Assembly (NCBI RefSeq): GCF_964355755.1
Contig: NC_092672.1
Span: forward strand, 32,928,437 to 32,992,436
Source: Antedon mediterranea
Taxonomy: Eukaryota > Animalia > Echinodermata
DNA length: 64,000 bases
Reading direction: 5' to 3'
The translations under genes were made by a program, and so were the position numbers. Below are positions 43,701-55,374 of the stretch, piece by piece (the first letter of the stretch is position 1; every line of letters begins with the position of its first letter). The notes beneath the pieces are model-generated. The model saw nothing but the letters and a program-made list of their open reading frames with translations, had not been told where the DNA came from and did no database searches.

Positions 43701-46700
43701 AAACAGACAACATTGCACAAAAGGCCAACACAGACGAGTGGTAACGGTAAGTGGAAAACCGCGTAGTTTGTCACACATAGAATCTGTATCTGTCCTGAGC
43801 GTAAACCGCCCGTCCGCTCCACGTTGTGTGTAAATGGTCATAAGGAATAACATAGATTCTATATTTGTATTACCGTTACCGCTCGTCTGTGTAAATCGAC
43901 CTTAACACCCGCGAGGCAATTTAATATAACATTGGTGTAGGGCCTACTTTTAATTTAATACGAGTTCACATGGTATCAACAAAACCAAAAACCCACAGAC
44001 CGTAAAGACTGCAATGAGAATGTTAGATAGTGTAAACTTGGGTTATAAAACCATATACTGTATAGCATACATTATCATAAAGATCTACTTCTTCAAAGGA
44101 AAACGTTTGCATTCATTACACTATTGGAAAGCGTGTACGATATAAAGCAAGACAGAGTTAATGATCATTTTAACTGAATAATGGTACAAAAAATCTGGAC
44201 TGATTGAAACATAATACTGTCCTTTTCGTAAGAAACACGTAAAAAAGAAGTCTCTGCGAGTATAGACATGCGTTTAATTTGGTTTTCCACTAATGCTTGG
44301 TACCCACTAGAGACGCATCACAAGGACGTAACGCAAGTGTGTTGACCAATCACAAGCGATGGATTATTATTCGAACTGTAACTTGTCATTGGTCAACACG
44401 CTTGCATGTCGTTGTTGCATTACGTCTACGTCGTCCTTGCGTTACGTCTCAGCGGGAACCAAGCTTAAGCGATTTATAGTTGCGCAAATCAAACATTCCG
44501 TCTGACCTCTTATTCGTCATGGTCTTCATGTGCATTTTTCGCACCATAAAAGTAAATGCGCATCTATAAAATAAATAAATTCGCTTAGAGGAAACCAGGC
44601 TTAAACTTGTGTTAATTATTTCATTTATAGTCATGTCTCAACACAGTGATTTCCAACGAAGAGCAAGATATACACGTGCTTTACAAAGGTTGTGTGGTGT
44701 TCTACGAGTGTGCGCACAAGGCTAAGATTCATTGCGTAACAAACGCTACAACAAACACGACGGCGTGTTTGTATTGTTGCATTGGTGAACTATGCAACAT
44801 CGACGAAGCAATGGCGCTAGGTATGTAGAAGAATGTAGCCTACTGTAGGTTATTTAAAAGGTGATTCCCCCTTGAACGCAACGCCGTACGCGCAACGCCG
44901 TACGCGCAACGCCGTACGCGCAACGCAAGTGAGTTGAAGGTCTTTCACACTTGTTCCGGCAAATAAAATCGAACGTGAATGTTTCGTTTTCACGCGCATA
45001 ACGATTGGCGATTAACGGGTGGAGCGATGTGCAAACGAAACATCGACGTTCGATTTGATTTGCCGACGCCGGACCCGTGCCGGAACAGGTATGAGAAGTC
45101 AAGTGGGAATTAAGCTTAAGCATACGCAATTATTATGTAATAGCGTGACGTACACTGGTACACGTACTCTGTAGTGGAGGCTTGTCAGAGTTGTGGAAGT
45201 GAGAGGTCCATAAAGCCTTGATAATTTCCCTCTTCTGTGAAGTTTTTAAATCATGTCATGATAACCCAACATCCAATCCGACACTTGACTTGATGAAATA
45301 ACTTTTATTATGTAGCTTCATTTTTTTACGATTTTGTTTTATAGAGGTTCCAGATTTTTTGGAAATTATATACCAAACAGTGAGTAACAAGTGGACATTT
45401 CTGCTTTTTTCAAACCATCATCTTTTTATCATTTCCTTTGGCGTTCTTTTTTCCTCTCTCATTTCAATCTGACTCTCCTTTCTAAAAAAATTCCTTCATT
45501 CTCTTATATTTCCATTTTCTTCTTTTCTCAAATTTTCTTCATTTTCTTTCCTCTTCATTCTCTCTTATTTCATTCTTTCTCTCTTTTCTACATCTCTTTA
45601 GTGTCAAAATGTAAAATAATAATATATAATAATAATTATATTGCTCAACTTATTTGACAATTTTCTCAAACCATTAATTCTTCATTTTCCTACCTCTCTT
45701 CATATCCTTTTTTCTCCTCCTTTTTTCGTTTTTTTATTTCTCCTTCCAAATTCTTTCTTACATCATCACTTCGGTTATGTTCTCAACCGTGCGAAATTTA
45801 GAAACTTCACGTTTTAATCTTACACCACGCGCACGTTATACTATAATGCTTGGTTCTAAGCCGATTTTCCACTAGGCGAATTTGTTCGCGCGAATCCAAC
45901 GTTTCGAAGGAAGAGAAATAAATCGCCTACTCTCTTTCCACTACATGAGCGAATATACGACGTTCATGTTCCTCGCGTGGTTGCTGAGCATTTCGATTCG
46001 CATGAGTGCTCATGAAAGCGTCATAGATCATTTCGTGAGCTCTGATTGGTTGCGCAATGTTTCGCTTCGCAAAAAGTAGAACTAGTAAATTTCGCTGAAG
46101 CGAAAAATCAAAGGAACTAGAATTCGTCGAAGAAGGCCGTATGACAGACAGAAACGCGAAGACGCATGCGCATAGCATAACGCTTTCGATTCGCGCGAAC
46201 AAATTCGCCTAGTGGAAAATCGGCTTTAGGGATTAAACCATGGATTTATTCGACTGTTGCTTGTCATTGGTCAACACGCTTGGGTAGCGTCATTAGTGGG
46301 AACCAAACTTAATTACAAATAAGGCCTACTACTAGACTAGAGCTTTGATCTGTATTCTGGAAAAGCTCGTAACTAATTAATAATGTTTACAATACAAATG
46401 TATCGTCCCTCTGAAAAATGTAATAGTTATTTATTTTGACCAAAAATTGGAACAAAACAAAATTTATTTACCTGAAAAAAAAATGGAATTTGAAGCAAAG
46501 CTGCTAGCCAATGAATTTTTGGTTGAATTTAACCATTTATTGTGTTATTTTATAAGTGAAAACATTTTTTTGTTCGTTTTTTTTTCTACGGAAGTGATTA
46601 ACTTTATTATTATATTATATTAACTACAAAATCTGATTTAATTAATCTTTATTTGTCATGGTTTTTTTGTGGGGGGTGGGGGGGGGGGCAATACATCTTT

Positions 46701-49700
46701 AAATAGGATTACTATTTTAGGTATCGCATTGTTTGATTTTTATTTATAATTTTCAGTTGATATATAACCACGTTAAGAAAAGCAATGTTCTAAACACAGT
46801 CCTGGGTATTATAGCTGTAATATGTCTAGGCTGTGCTGTAATGTGCATCGCAGCATCTGGGTATGTTTTGAATTAATTAATTTATTTGTTTACTGTTGTA
46901 TAGATAAAGACATTTTTGCTCTAAACCTATATGTCTACACTATAAAATTAGTTTGGGATGTGCCCAAATATGGTAGTGATATGTTCAAATATGGTAGTGA
47001 TAATTATCATCATGTCTATATATGGGCACATCAGATTTTTTGTCACATACAGTTTGATAGTGAAGACAGAGCTTAAGCTATTTGTTTATATTTTTGCAAT
47101 GTTTCAGTATCATTTCTTGTGAAACTTGGTTATCACTAGGCGGCAACACAAGTTATTTGATCAATCACAAGCGATAATTCGATTGATTCATCGCTTCTGA
47201 TTGGTCTAATTACTTACATTGCGTCTTAATATACACGACTCAATTTTCTCATACCAATGTTTTTGAACTGCGCTCAATCATTACAATTTGTAAGAAATAT
47301 TACTCTTACAAACACAAATTTCATCACAATCATTATTACATTATGCATTTTACCAATATTTAATAAAGATGGAAAAAGAAGACACAACTATTATGCTCAT
47401 ACAATAATATTTGTGAAGAAATTTGATCTTCTTTTTAATATACAGTACTAGTATAATTTATGAACAACATTATTATCTTTAAGACAATAGGCACTCTGTG
47501 ATATAGAGAGAAATAGATCATTTTGATTGACATGACTACTGTAAAGGGAGAGTGGGAGAGGGGCCGTCCGTTGCACCCGGCTTAAGGGTCTTTCAATGGA
47601 CTTTCACACGTACCTGTTCCGGCACGGTTTCGGTCCGGCGAATCGAACGGCAATGTTTCGTTTTCACGACGCTCCACGTGCCGGAACACGTGTGTAGTAC
47701 AGTTTCTGAAATGTTTTCATTATAATATTAAATAAGATGAAACACCGTACCTAATAAATGATAGTTAATTTTGCCAGTTGGTTTACTTTGTGTTTTATAT
47801 CGACAGGCTTGGTTTCAAAACAGCTCCATTCCTTCATATCAATCTATGCTTTTCAATGCTTTTGTCTCAAATCCTTCTTATGGTCCGATCAACGGGTGCA
47901 AACAACGAGGTAGGGATCAATATTACTATTTTTTAAATCTGAAAGAAGTTGGCAACTACGTACAAAAGCCGCACAGTTGTTATCAATGTCTGTACCTGCG
48001 CGTACAAAAGGTGTGCTGTATCCATCAATGTCTGTACACGCGCGTACAAAATATGTACATTTTAATCAGTGTCTGTACACGCGCATACAAAAGCCGTAAC
48101 ATTTATATGAGTCTGTCTACGCGCGCGTATAAAAGCTTACCGTTTCTAACAATGTCTGTACGCACGCGTACTAAAGCTGTATAATTGTCATCAATGTTTG
48201 GACGCGCGTGTCAAATTCAATTTTTCGGGGTGTCACTGACCTGGCAATTAATAGACTGAACATCTCTTATTTCCTTAATGAACGACATTTAATATAATAT
48301 CGATTTTAAAAATGACTGACAGTCAATCAAAATAGCAATTAAAACAAACGAGGTAATTTAGGTTAATTTGAAACGACCAAGTTAATTGGTTTGGTTAATG
48401 ACTTACATTTTTATTGACAATACGATATTCAATGTCGAGAAGATAATATACATTTGCTAAAAACATACTAGTGTACTTGGTAAATTAATAAATACATAAT
48501 GCTTTGTATTTCTTTCTATTTTTAGTCTACAGTCTATTTTTAGTCTACAGTCTATTTTTAGTCTACAGTCTATTTTTAGTCTACAGTCTATTTTTAGTCT
48601 ACAGTCTATTTTTAGTCTACAGTCTATTTTTAGTCTACAGTCTATTTTTAGTCTACAGCTCACTATGTCGGTCGGTTGAGCACGTGACTGCAGCCATGTA
48701 TATGGCCTTGTTTTTTATTGTATGTATATGTTTTATATGGACAGTTTGTCAGAAATAAAGTTGAATTGAATTGATTAGCTTTGAATCCAAATTGTTACTA
48801 CAATTGATTTCAGACCTTCGTTCTAAACTGACAGATTACTATTATGGGCATAGGTTAAAAAAAATTATCTACCATGTTCGCGAAAACCAAAAATGTGTAT
48901 TTGAAAAAATCTCTTTGTATTTCGGCATGCTTTTCGGTTTCTATGGAAAAGTAACATATAATTCTAAACATAATACTATTAATTAATGTTATGAGTTGAA
49001 TGGGTAGCCGTACAAAAGCCGTACCATTTATATGAGTCTTTCTACGCGCGCGTACTAAAGCTGTATAATTGTCATCAATGTTCATCGAGTTCAAACTCAA
49101 AAGTTTGGAACATTCAATCTTTCAACTAATCCACATTGACATTTTTACTTTTTTTTTCTAGAATGGTTGTAAATTACTGACCTTTTTGATCCAGTATTTC
49201 TACCTGGTCGGAGCGTCTCACTACACGTTAGAAGGCGTTTATCTTTTATTTACCGTCGCCTATAATGCTTTTAGTGTTTGGAAGAAGTGGATAATAATTG
49301 TGATTGGTTGGGGTAAATTGTTTACAATTATTTGTTTTGTTAATTAATGACGGCGTACACGTGCTCATGGGCAATTTGTTGTTTCATCAGTTGTTTTAAG
49401 GATTTAATTTAAAGTTTTAAAAAATGCCGCAGATGTCTACTAACTTCGATGACTTGGTTCCAACTTGCGACGCAACATAAGCAAATGCTCTTCCAATAAT
49501 TGGGTTTGCTCCCGCCTGCGTGAAATCAAACCTGCGATTTTTGCAGCACTGTTGCGTCGTCGGTTCCCACTTGTGATTATGCAAACATCACTTTTCGTCA
49601 ATACTTCGCAGCGTTGCGTTATAGTGGGAACCATGCTTTACTTAAGACATGTAAACGTTTTTGTGATACTCTGAGCGAGCAGCCGTTTAGGGCCAGGGCC

Positions 49701-52700
49701 ATAGACATAAACGAGTTGAAGATGTTTCTTCTTATTATTTTACGTCGTCTTTTCTTGCCATAACGGCCGCCCATACTAACCTACTACAAGTTACAGAATT
49801 GTTCTGTTGTTGGTTTTTGCCTTTTTCAATTGTTTATATTCAATCATTGCTAACTTATTTATTTTTTACAATTGAATAAATCATTTGAATTGAAATATTT
49901 CATTTCAAGGTGTGTGGGTCTCCCCCGATGTGGGGGGTTTTCCCTTGGTGTGGGATTTTCCAGTCTGCTATAAAGTGCACATTGATTTTGACAATCTTGT
50001 TTTACTAGGAATACCATTCATTATTGCTGTTATTACTATTGTTGCAGCCACTGATGGCTTTGGTATGCCGTCACCATTGCAGAAATAGTAAGTACTTTTC
50101 ACATGGCATTACTACTACTGGACCGAACTTTTGTTTCGTCAAACACGTTGCTGGCTATCTTTAAGCCTGGTTACCACAGACACGCAATGCTAGTTGACCA
50201 ATGACAAGTGGCAGTTTAAATACATCGCTTGTGATTGGTCAAATCGCTGACATTGCGCTTGCGTAATTGCGTTGCGTCCCTAAAGCTTGGTTCCCACTAA
50301 CGCAAGGACGTAAACGCAACGCAAGCGTGTTACCAAATGACAAGCGACAGTTCGAATAATCCATCGTTTGTGATTGGTCAATTCACTTACATTGCGTTAC
50401 GTCCTTGTGTTGCGTCTCTAGTGGGAACCGAGCATATGGGAACCACTATTTATATATTCTTTTTGTTGCTAAAGCTTGGTTCCCACTAGAACGTAACGCA
50501 AGGACGTAAACGCAACGCAAGCGTTTTAACCAATGACAAGCGAAGTTATAGACAGTTAGCAATCACAAGCGAATAAACCATCGCTTGTGATTGGTCAATT
50601 CACTTGCGTTGCGTTGCGTCCTTGCGTTGCGTCGTTAGTGGGAACCACGCTTAAAGCCGAGTTTCAGGTTTTCGATATTTTGTAACGAATAGGCCGAATA
50701 TATATATTATTAGCCATATTACACTACATGCGCGTAGATATAATGTTTTTTTTTTATTGTTATTGATATAAATAACTAAATAATTTTTTAAGGGCCTTTA
50801 CCTAAGAGCTTTGCTTATTTTGAATTCCTTTTCCATGACTTTTTGATGAAATGTTTGTACATATTCTTATTTTATGGAATAAATTGATTTTGATTGAATG
50901 ATTGATTGATTTGTCGTTTCTGATCATGCGCAGATTACAATCGAAAATTATCTATAAATTAGAATACACAGACATAATTGTAACTATACACTTTCCCTAA
51001 GTCTGTATTTCTTGTCTTTTTTTATGTTAGTTCACCAATCGGCGTTTCGGTTTTTGTCTGAAAATATGAGCTCATGTATTATACGTATGAAACGCCATAT
51101 GTGCCAAAATATTTATCTTTTTACTAATTTTGGTCTAGATTCCTAGACTAAATTTCAACCAATTTCTTTAATTCCACAGCTGTTGGTTGTCCTATAAGAT
51201 TGGAACTTGGTGGGGACTGTTCGTACCAGTGGCTTGTTCGATATTTGTAAGTATTGTGTTTCTTTCCAAAACCCTAATCATAATCATGTGTTATTATATT
51301 AGAAACGTATTATATTATTGTTCACTGTAAACTCTATTTAAACGACTGTTTTTAAAGAACATTCAGAAAAGCAATTATAAATAATAATAAATAAATATTA
51401 GTATTACCAAGCTTGGTTCTTCCCACTAGGACGCAATGCAAGGATGAAGAAAGTGATTTGACCAATCACAAGCGATGGATTATTCGAACAGTGGCTTGTC
51501 ATTGGTCAACTCTCTAGTGGGAACCACGCTTTACTCTGTGCGTTGCGTCCTATAGTGGCAATCACGCTTTGCCTAAATTTAAGATACTGATTCGAGTACA
51601 ATATTATTTGCCTTTCAGTTTAGCATTATCTGTGTGGTAGCCGTTGGTGTTCTTCGAAAGAGAGTAGTGCCCTGCGAAAGTGAAGATGACAAACGTAAAA
51701 AATTTTGGTAAGTTTATTAAAATGATTTACAATAAAAACCATAAAACAACAGCAACACTAAACTCCGGTAAACGTCACACATTACATACAGTATCATTCA
51801 GACTATGAAGCCCACAGAATGGGCTTGGTGACCCGGCGGCCAGATATACAAACCTGTTACGCGTCAGTTTTGTACTAAATCTGGGATGAGTTAAGCTTTG
51901 TTCACACTGTACTTGGTAAATTTAACCATGGTGGCTTTACCAAATGCCATCGCAAGATTTTACCATCGTTTGCACTTGGATATTTTCACGCAGTTAAGCG
52001 TGGTTCCCACTAGCGACGCAACACAAGGACGTAACGCAACGCAAGTGAATTGACCAATCACAAGTGATGGCTTATTCGCTTGCGATTGCTAACTGTCTAT
52101 AACTTCGCTTGTCATTGGTTAAAACGCTTGCGTTGCGTTTACGTCCTTGCGTTACGTTCTAGTGGGAACCAAGCTTAAGTTTTACCGTGAGTCGTTCGGA
52201 TTTTGAACGGTTATTCTGGAACCTAAATTTAATTTTATCACGACTTTTCACCCGACCACCGGATACGTAAGCGCAACGCATGTGGCCAATCACAAGCGAT
52301 GGTTGTCATTGGTCAATTTTCCTGCGTTGCGTTTATATCCTTGCACTATGTCCTTGTGGGAACCAATCTTAATGGTGCCTTACAAAGACATCTATTGTTT
52401 TCAATTTTCCTGCGTTGCGCTTATATCCTTGCACTATGTCCTTGTGGGAACCAATCTTAATGGTGCCTTACAAAGACGTCTATTGTTTTTCATATTTTTA
52501 ATTTTTAGGAGCAATTATATAGCCTTCGCTGTAGTACTTGTGTTCTATACTATAAATTGGCTGATGGCATTCTTGGAGCTAGACCCGTTTCACACTAAAA
52601 TACCGTATGTGTTCTATGTCGTGCACGCCCTATTGGTAAGTATTCGCTTCAATTTTTGAAGATATCATAGCTAAGAATTTTTCTCTTTCGACTTGTGAAA

Positions 52701-55247
52701 ATCCTTTATTTTTTTATTATGTACAACGATTTCTTGTTAATTCTGGATGATGATGATTGATGTTTCTCTTTCTTTGCTGTTTAAAATTGTATATTTGTTA
52801 TCTGAGACGCCTTGAAGCTAGGTGGTTCAACCGTGTGAGGCGCAAAATATTGAATTAAAAAAAACTAATTATTGTTCAATTTTTTATTATTATTTGACTT
52901 TGATATTGATAACTTTAGGATAGCATTGATTTGATATTTGTTTTCTATTAATGTTTTATTTATGAGACAAACACCATTATTTCCACTTGTTTTGTGAACG
53001 AAATAAAGTTATCTAATCTTATTTTTATTGGAATCTTTTTCTGATAAAACTTCAACATATTTAATACTTCATCTCGAATGTGATTTACATTTATTTGTTT
53101 TATTTTAAAATGAATTTAGTAAATTACGGGGTTTTATTATGTAAATAATTAAGAATAGAACTCTTCCTTTTGTGGAACACCTGTATTCAGGGGACACATA
53201 ACCCCCATTAAGGGGACCTATTAAATTTGGAGGTTCTACTGTATTTTCTATTGTGAATATTTATGGAGAATTTTTGTTTTTATGTTTTATTTTTTTGTTT
53301 TATACTTTTACACTTTTTGTCTGTTTAGTCCGTTTAATATTATTATGTATCTTTTAATCGGATTTGCTGACAACCGACATTTCTTTTTACGAAGACAAAC
53401 AAAGTTTCTTGTATTTTGTATATATTTTTTAAATTTTCTAATCGAAGACGAATACAATATAATCTGATTGTATAATTGTCAGAAATTTTAGAAGAAGTTT
53501 ACCGTGATTGGAAACAATCAGTCAAATTAGTCTAATTTGTTTAATTTTCTAGGGCGTTATTGTATCACTGTTATATTCTGCCTTTAATTATGAGGTAAGC
53601 TATTTGTTACAACTTTATTAATATTAATATTTTAATCATATCAGATAATATAATATTATTAATGTATCAAGTAAATAACTAAAGTTAAAGATTAATTGTC
53701 CTCCTGAAAACAATATATATTTTTTAATATGTCATTTTAATGTCATAATAATCGTGAGGTAATCCACTTCAACAACAAAATGTTCTTTCTTACCTGAAAA
53801 ACTGTAATTTAATGCAAAAATAGTCAAAAAGGCTGCCCAAGCTAATGGATTTTTGGTTGAATTTAATCAATTTTATTTTACATCTTTAAAATGGACCTGA
53901 AATGGATTTTCGATTTTTTTCATTTTAGAATGATGTTTTGGGGGCTATTAGGTGTTGCTAGAATGTATATTGTTACAAAATATAAATTGGCCCTTTTGGG
54001 GAAAGCCCCATTTGAAAATAAAAAAAAATCGCGGGTGACGTCACTTTGCGAATATATTCCTATCCCTCCAATGGACAATTTGCAGTTTTTTGGCTATAAC
54101 TCTTGAAATCTATGGAGTATTTTCTAAAAAATGCTTGTGCATTTGCAGAAACGTATTTAGAATTTTTTTAGATAAAATTATTACCGTATAAACGGTTATT
54201 CATCGAGTAAATGACGATTTAAAATCTTAAAATCAACGGTTTTTTTCTGGCAATACCGAAGTTGGCCTGGCAACGTTGTCCGGGATACAGCTCCGTGCGC
54301 AATGATGCGTATCCATATTTTCCGTTCGTGTATTTTGTATCGTTCGTAATTTATACTGCTAAAATGTGTTAGTTTCTTTAGTTTTTAGTTTAGCAGAATT
54401 AAATTAGTAATATGAGATGATAATTTATTTGTCACGAATCAGGCAGTTCGAAAACGAATTTTATTCATATTTTACTTTGGCTTGACAATGAGCGCAGCAA
54501 GTTGTTGATATCGCTTTGGTCCTTGGATGCACATGAAACGGAGCCTCGCCGCATGATGTGGGTGGTGGATCGACTCCGCGCACTGGATTGGGTGGGGCCT
54601 AGGCCTAGTAAAGGTTTGGGAGGTAGGTCTTCTAAATTCGGGTTTTAGAACAAACGAAGTACATTTTAGGAACCTATATTTCAACAACATTAGATATTGA
54701 ATAAATTAGTATTAGTGTCAACGCTTCGCGTATCTTTCCAGGCCGTCGATCATTCACTGACTATCGGGCGGCATACACGCTCTTGATATCATTGTGTGTA
54801 TATGTGACGTCGTGAATATAGAGGCTTCCGACGGCCGTTGAAATAGAATATTGCAATGGCGTGAGTAATTTTCGCTAATTTACCATGGTATCTTAAAATT
54901 TCGTTTTTACTCAAAATACTATACATTTTGTTTTTATTTGTATGGGTTTGTGTTAATTTGATACATTTAAATAACATGTGTGAATTTCTTGAAAATCGAA
55001 ATTCCATTTCAGGTCCATTTTAAGGAGACCCCTTGACTGTAATGGTGATAGGATTAGAGAATACGGGTGTTTTGCGATCATTAAAACATCGAAGTCTTAG
55101 ATCGAGTGTTAAATGAGCATGCCTAGTACAACATAACGTTAATATGCTTATTTCACGAACATTGATACATTTATCAATGATGTATGTTAATTAAATATTT
55201 TCTTACAGATTAGAAATGTTCTCCGAGCAAAGATTTCTCCCGACTAA
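40750..55247 (+). CDS. Class B/adhesion-like 7TM GPCR with an N-terminal Ly6/uPAR (LYPD6-like) domain and no GAIN domain, 13 exons, about 398 aa
   Basis: Exons 40750-40816, 43058-43161, 44631-44820, 45345-45379, 46757-46860, 47807-47909, 49162-49312, 50009-50087, 51180-51246, 51619-51707, 52509-52635, 53553-53594, 55209-55247. All are AG/GT bounded and phase compatible, 1197 nt in total with no internal stop. Signal peptide MFINIVFLSIMISSFESTA; LU domain CYTC...KGC...CLYCCIGELCN; 7TM motifs HINLCFS (TM2), GC..QYFYL....LEG (TM3), IGWGIP (TM4), YCWLS (ECL2), FVPV (TM5), G...LYSAFNYEIR (TM7/H8). Confidence 0.85.
40890..41932. repeat. 64-bp satellite, about 17 copies, in intron 1 of the LU-7TM gene
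   Basis: Unit ATGAGCGATGAAGCAGAACGAATGTTGTGAAAGAAGCAAACGTTTTTAAAA(C/G)TTAGTGCGCTAC, contiguous with no spacers. Confidence 0.95.
42697..43032 (-). mobile_element. MITE family C, complete, TTAA TSD (Kolobok-like)
   Basis: TTAA-ATATGTATTGTC ... GACAATACATCT-TTAA. Confidence 0.8.
43215..43538. mobile_element. Two adjacent family A MITEs
   Basis: 43215-43359 and 43363-43538, each with family A TIRs. Confidence 0.85.
44859..45115. mobile_element. Family A-related MITE with internal GCAACGCCGTACGC repeats and a probable nested element
   Basis: Ends AGGTGATTCCCCCTTGA / TCAAGTGGGAATTAAGCT; the internal TGTTCCGGC...GCCGGAACA segment is shared with 47586-47695. Confidence 0.55.
45859..46225. mobile_element. 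367-bp MITE with perfect 38-bp TIRs, nested in a family A remnant
   Basis: AGCCGATTTTCCACTAGGCGAATTTGTTCGCGCGAATC at both ends in inverted orientation; host remnants GCTTGGTTC (left) and GTGGGAACCAAACT (right). Confidence 0.9.
47955..48215. repeat. About 41-bp degenerate minisatellite (TCAATGTCTGTACACGCGCGTACAAAA); partial duplicate at about 49008-49082
   Basis: Five to six visible units. Confidence 0.75.
48515..48658. repeat. Perfect 18-bp minisatellite TCTATTTTTAGTCTACAG x8
   Basis: 144 bp = 8 x 18. Confidence 0.97.
50164..50651. mobile_element. Cluster of family A MITEs including an intact 179-bp copy (50473-50651, TAA TSD)
   Basis: Repeated AGCTTGGTTCCCACTA starts and GTGGGAACC ends. 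Confidence 0.88.
51997..52175 (-). mobile_element. Family A MITE, 179 bp
   Basis: Reverse complement of the 50473 copy with few substitutions. Confidence 0.9.
53890..55019. mobile_element. 1130-bp non-autonomous TTAA-target DNA transposon (Kolobok-like) in the last intron of the LU-7TM gene
   Basis: TTAA-AATGGACCTGAAATGGATTTTCGATTTT ... AAAATCGAAATTCCATTTCAGGTCCATT-TTAA; purine-purine termini and no long ORF. Confidence 0.85.
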
Positions 55248-55374
55248 AATGAATATTGGTATATGATTCGATCGACTGGAAAACGCCATATGTCACCTTC
55301 ACATTGGATGTTTCTATTTCAACCTTTACCTCAGATTGAAATAATTGTATCATGCAAGTCTAAAAACGTCAATA

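Noticed and set aside
45391-45770. Phe/Ser-rich ORF
   Set aside because: Low-complexity pyrimidine tract inside an intron.
48457-48758. ORFs with CRLKID and SLFLVY repeats
   Set aside because: Artefacts of the 18-bp minisatellite.
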